DNA of 64,000 nt, from the NCBI RefSeq assembly GCF_018977255.1, contig NW_024704742.1, forward strand, positions 64,792,001-64,856,000, written 5' to 3'. Numbering within the stretch: the stretch's first letter is position 1; each line of letters starts with the position of its first letter. Origin of the DNA: Callorhinchus milii. Its lineage: Eukaryota. This document shows positions 60,601-64,000 of this stretch, in pieces. Below the pieces are notes generated by a model. The model saw only the letters and a program-made list of their open reading frames with translations, had not been told where the DNA came from and did no database searches. Position numbers and translations under genes: made by a program.

Positions 60601-63419
60601 GTTTAGACCAGGCAGTGATCAGATTTAATCAATTTTGCATACAGCAATAGAATATTCAAAACATATTTTGTTTGTTCACATTGAATTTTTGCAGTATATA
60701 TTTGAAGCAGAAATTCAAAATGATACAAACGATAGCTTCAAATGTTTTCATCGGAACAACACAATAAAAAGGTATTAACATTTTAATATCTATTTTAGAT
60801 TATAAACCATACAAACTCACCAAATTCAAGCACAGGATTTNAAAAAAAAAAAATTCAATATTGAAAACTAACTAACTCATTTTCTTGAAAGGAAACATTC
60901 AAATAATGACAAAATGTTAGACATTTATATGAAAGAATTAAAGCCAGAAACATATGTAAAAGCCAGAAGATACACACACTAACCAAACAGAGTGCTGCAT
61001 CTTGTAATAAAATAGCATTCAATGAGTTAAAGCAGAAACAATTTCTAAAATTTCAGGAAGATGGCTGCATCTTAACTGAAGCTATTTCAGGGAATAAATG
61101 AAACAAAAACAAATGTATAAAGCTGAAAGCCATGCGCAGAAACCTGGGGTTAACTGAAGCAGCTCTGTACATGGATGTACAATACTTACTATGGTAACAG
61201 GTACTCTTTAGCACATCCAGCTCCTGTTTGTAATGCAGCCACAGGAAGAAAAAAAGCACAAGAAGAAAAATCTATGCATTCATAACAGCCATTGTGTTAA
61301 AACAAAAAAAGTACAGAGTACACAATTGTTACAGAACAGAGAAATCGGATGAGACCAGTGAGTGGAAACACATAACAGGACAGTGATTCTAACAAGATAT
61401 ACCATATTACATCCTTTCACAAAGAATTGCAAAGAACTGTTTATATTGTATATACATATAAATGTATGGCTTATCAAAAATATTGCAAGTAATTAAGTAA
61501 TTCATTCTAATCTGTCATGTTAGATTTTATATTCTAGCTTTTGAGATATAATGTCCAACACCAATTTAAAACAAGGCTTTATACACAGGTACAATTTAAT
61601 GTTAAAATTGTGAAATGCAGATCCAATAATGTTCACCCAGAGGAATTCACTCGCTTTCTAATAATAATTCTGTTTAGTTTCCTATACATTTTTTTTCAGT
61701 ATAATCTTTGCGAAAAATCATTGTAACACAAAAGTGTAATCTTATTACAACAATGTATGAGGGAGCTGTAGTCCTGTGCCGTTTATCTTTAGAAATCTTA
61801 CCTTTGAGCAATTTTTTAAATAACTTCAAATCAGCATGACAAATTAACCAGAAGTAGTTATCAAGTTCATCAACCACGGAGATCTTGATAGGGTCCTAAA
61901 TTAAAGCAAATCTTTTGCCTATATGCTAGTGTAATTTCTATATAAAACATGACCGACCAAATAGTATCCAGTTAGTTCAGTTTCATGCAGTCAAATACAG
62001 CATTTATGTACACAGTCAGATTATTGGTCAATTACAAAAAAACAAGCTCACAAATTTCATTCTTACCAAGTTAATAATTTGGGCAGTTACAAACCATCAC
62101 GTTTTCATTTCAATATATATCACCTGAGAACATCTTACCATCTAACTTTGTGGGAGTGCTGGGGGGAGTGCGGGTGGGGGTGTGATCTGCAGGACGAGGC
62201 TCTTCATTTGCTTTTACTTCCTCTGGTAGGTGATCTAAAAGCTCTTAAGATTAGAAAAAGAGAGGGGGAAACAAAACAGTCTTTAAATTCAGCACAAGAC
62301 GTTTAACCACTTGATGACAGCCACAGCATTTTTAACTATGCCTATAAAACAATGCAATTAGAATTTGTTATTTTTGACACTGCTATACACATGTTCCATC
62401 CACAATTCTCAATACAATCTGGACATATGCAAAACAAAAAGTTGCCATGAAAATATTTGATCAATTCTTCAGCTATCTCAAATAGATTTTGGCTTAAGTT
62501 TCTTCCCAAAAGCAATAAACACAGACCACAAAATGGTTTAAAACTATGCAAATTGGCAGGAAGCATGTAATCACTTAACTATATAATACCAGCTTTAATC
62601 TTGGAAATACCATTACCTGAAAACATAGTTTATGACAACATGGACTCAAAGAATAATGTCACCATCACCTCTAATTCTACAACATGCAGAGAAAAATGAT
62701 AAAAGAATCATTGCAAGGATCCAGAAAAAGCTTTATTTCTCATGGGATTGCAGCAAGGATATAGTTGTACAGCGGGAGGGAAGCCAAACCAAGAAAGAAA
62801 CAATTCAACCGCAAATGAACCAACATACATTACAGCAACCAAAAATTAAGTAACAGCTGTTGGCAAGGATCAACGCATTGAAGGGACAAGAGGATTTGCA
62901 AACCAAATGGAAGATCCCAATATTTTTTGATTAGAGAGAGGCGTGCTTCTTCATTCAAAGACAGGTGTTTAACCTGCTAGCCAATACCTGAGGGGTCTGA
63001 TGAAGGAATACGATCTCCAGTAGGGCTAAGTGCCTTGACAACGGCACTGTGTAGTTGGTTGTGGAGAGACTCTTGAGTGTCCACCTGATTTAAGTTGAGG
63101 TGCCCGGAGACCTGGCCTACACTGTAGGGAGATTCCTGACCAGAAACCTGCTCATGATTTGAACGAGACTCGGCCTCTGTAGGATATCCTTCACTTGCGT
63201 GAGATTGTGTTTCAGTCACATTATCTTGGCTATGTATAGATTCATATATGGATGACTCATTCTGGCTTTGGACACTTTCAGCAGTCACTTGCTCCTGGGC
63301 ATGATGGCTTTGAGGTATAATTGCCACTTCATCTGGTTTGCCATCAGAGCATTCTTGGTGTGCTTGAGCGAACCCAATTTTTTCTGAGACCTCACCAATG
63401 TGGACTGCAGTTTCCTCAA
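57300..63419 (-). CDS. ADD1: Alpha-adducin, 3' part (tail domain); gene continues beyond the window end
   Basis: The terminal exon encodes the MARCKS-related [24 protein letters not shown]. The KKKSDS ending, the TLPELTPDEPSE and PPSTPTKL motifs, and convergence with MFSD10 identify ADD1 rather than ADD2/ADD3. Exons seen: 63419-62988 (candidate), 62243/62234-62139, alternative 61223-61190, 57631-57300. Confidence 0.92.
57740..58290 (-). mobile_element. LINE L2 3' fragment in the last ADD1 intron
   Basis: Homologous to the 15135 and 27005 copies. Confidence 0.85.
61190..61223 (-). CDS. ADD1: ADD1 34-nt alternative truncating exon (GAGCAKEYLLP*)
   Basis: Polypyrimidine tract plus ACAG| acceptor; |GTAAGT donor; peptide matches the mammalian short-isoform end GDGCAREYLLP (recalled). 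Confidence 0.88.
62139..62243 (-). CDS. ADD1: ADD1 tail exon (LLDHLPEEVK...TPPSTPTKLD)
   Basis: Two in-frame acceptors (62243 and 62234); donor G|GTAAGA; PPSTP.KL motif as in mammalian ADD1. Confidence 0.88.
62988..63419 (-). CDS. ADD1: Candidate 432-nt symmetric (phase 1-1) ADD1 tail exon, S/E/Q/H-rich
   Basis: GTCTTCTCTAG| acceptor, CAG|GTATTG donor, stop-free in the frame that joins the next exon; lies within ORF 62977..63441. Confidence 0.72.
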
Positions 63420-64000
63420 CTAGAGAAGACAATAGGTTCAAGCAAATAAATGGAAGTGAAATTCACTGAAATTCACTTCCAAGATGGAAATGAACAACTC
63501 ATACAGATCAAATGCAGTTACAAGAATACAATATCAGATAAAAAGTTCAGATAGTATAGTAAAGTGTGGTAAAGGCCCCTACTAGATTGTTACTAAGACA
63601 AAATGTTAGTTCCATTATGAGGATATAATTACGGAGTAAATGCTACTGTAAGATTTATGCAAGATTTTTAAAATCTTCTTATGACACTTAAAAGAAACTG
63701 AAATTCTTCTCCTCTCCATCTTGTCTCATTAGAAACAATATACAAGTTTAGACAGTTAAACATCAGGAGCTGCAATGTGTTACAGAATAAACCACTGCTA
63801 AAGCAACCACTTATGATCGGCACTCAGCCAGGTTTACAATCTGTTCCTATGAAGGCGACATTCTAGAAAGCTTCAAATTAAGTTCAATGGGATCAGCATG
63901 TATGAAGACTGCATTGTTTCAATACAGATTAGGACTTGATGAAGACAATAGATGGCAAAAATAAGATGAAAGACAACACCCAACTCAATGGTAGAATTGC

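Overview
Vertebrate genomic DNA, not prokaryotic. The repeat content (tRNA-derived Deu-type SINEs, L2/CR1 LINEs, LF-SINE-like relics) suggests a cartilaginous fish, possibly a chimaera; this is inference. I reconstructed three spliced genes by hand from GT-AG boundaries and frame continuity. NOP14 is complete (minus strand, 18 coding exons, 22549->1001, 866 aa). MFSD10 is complete (plus strand, 12 coding exons, 31015->51395, 467 aa). Only the 3' end of ADD1/alpha-adducin is present (minus strand, stop at 57300; the 5' part lies beyond the window). This is the ADD1-MFSD10-NOP14 block of human 4p16.3, but here NOP14 is head-to-head with MFSD10. Most notable observations: (1) an apparently extra 432-nt in-frame ADD1 tail exon built from degenerate 12-aa repeats; (2) a 34-nt ADD1 truncating exon (GAGCAKEYLLP*) that matches the known mammalian short isoform; (3) the flipped NOP14 orientation with a probable shared promoter; (4) an L2 insertion carrying a templated ~185-bp copy of neighbouring DNA. 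Most ORF-track entries are spurious or repeat-derived. Repeat boundaries are approximate. Comparisons to human genes and repeat consensus sequences are from memory, not database searches.
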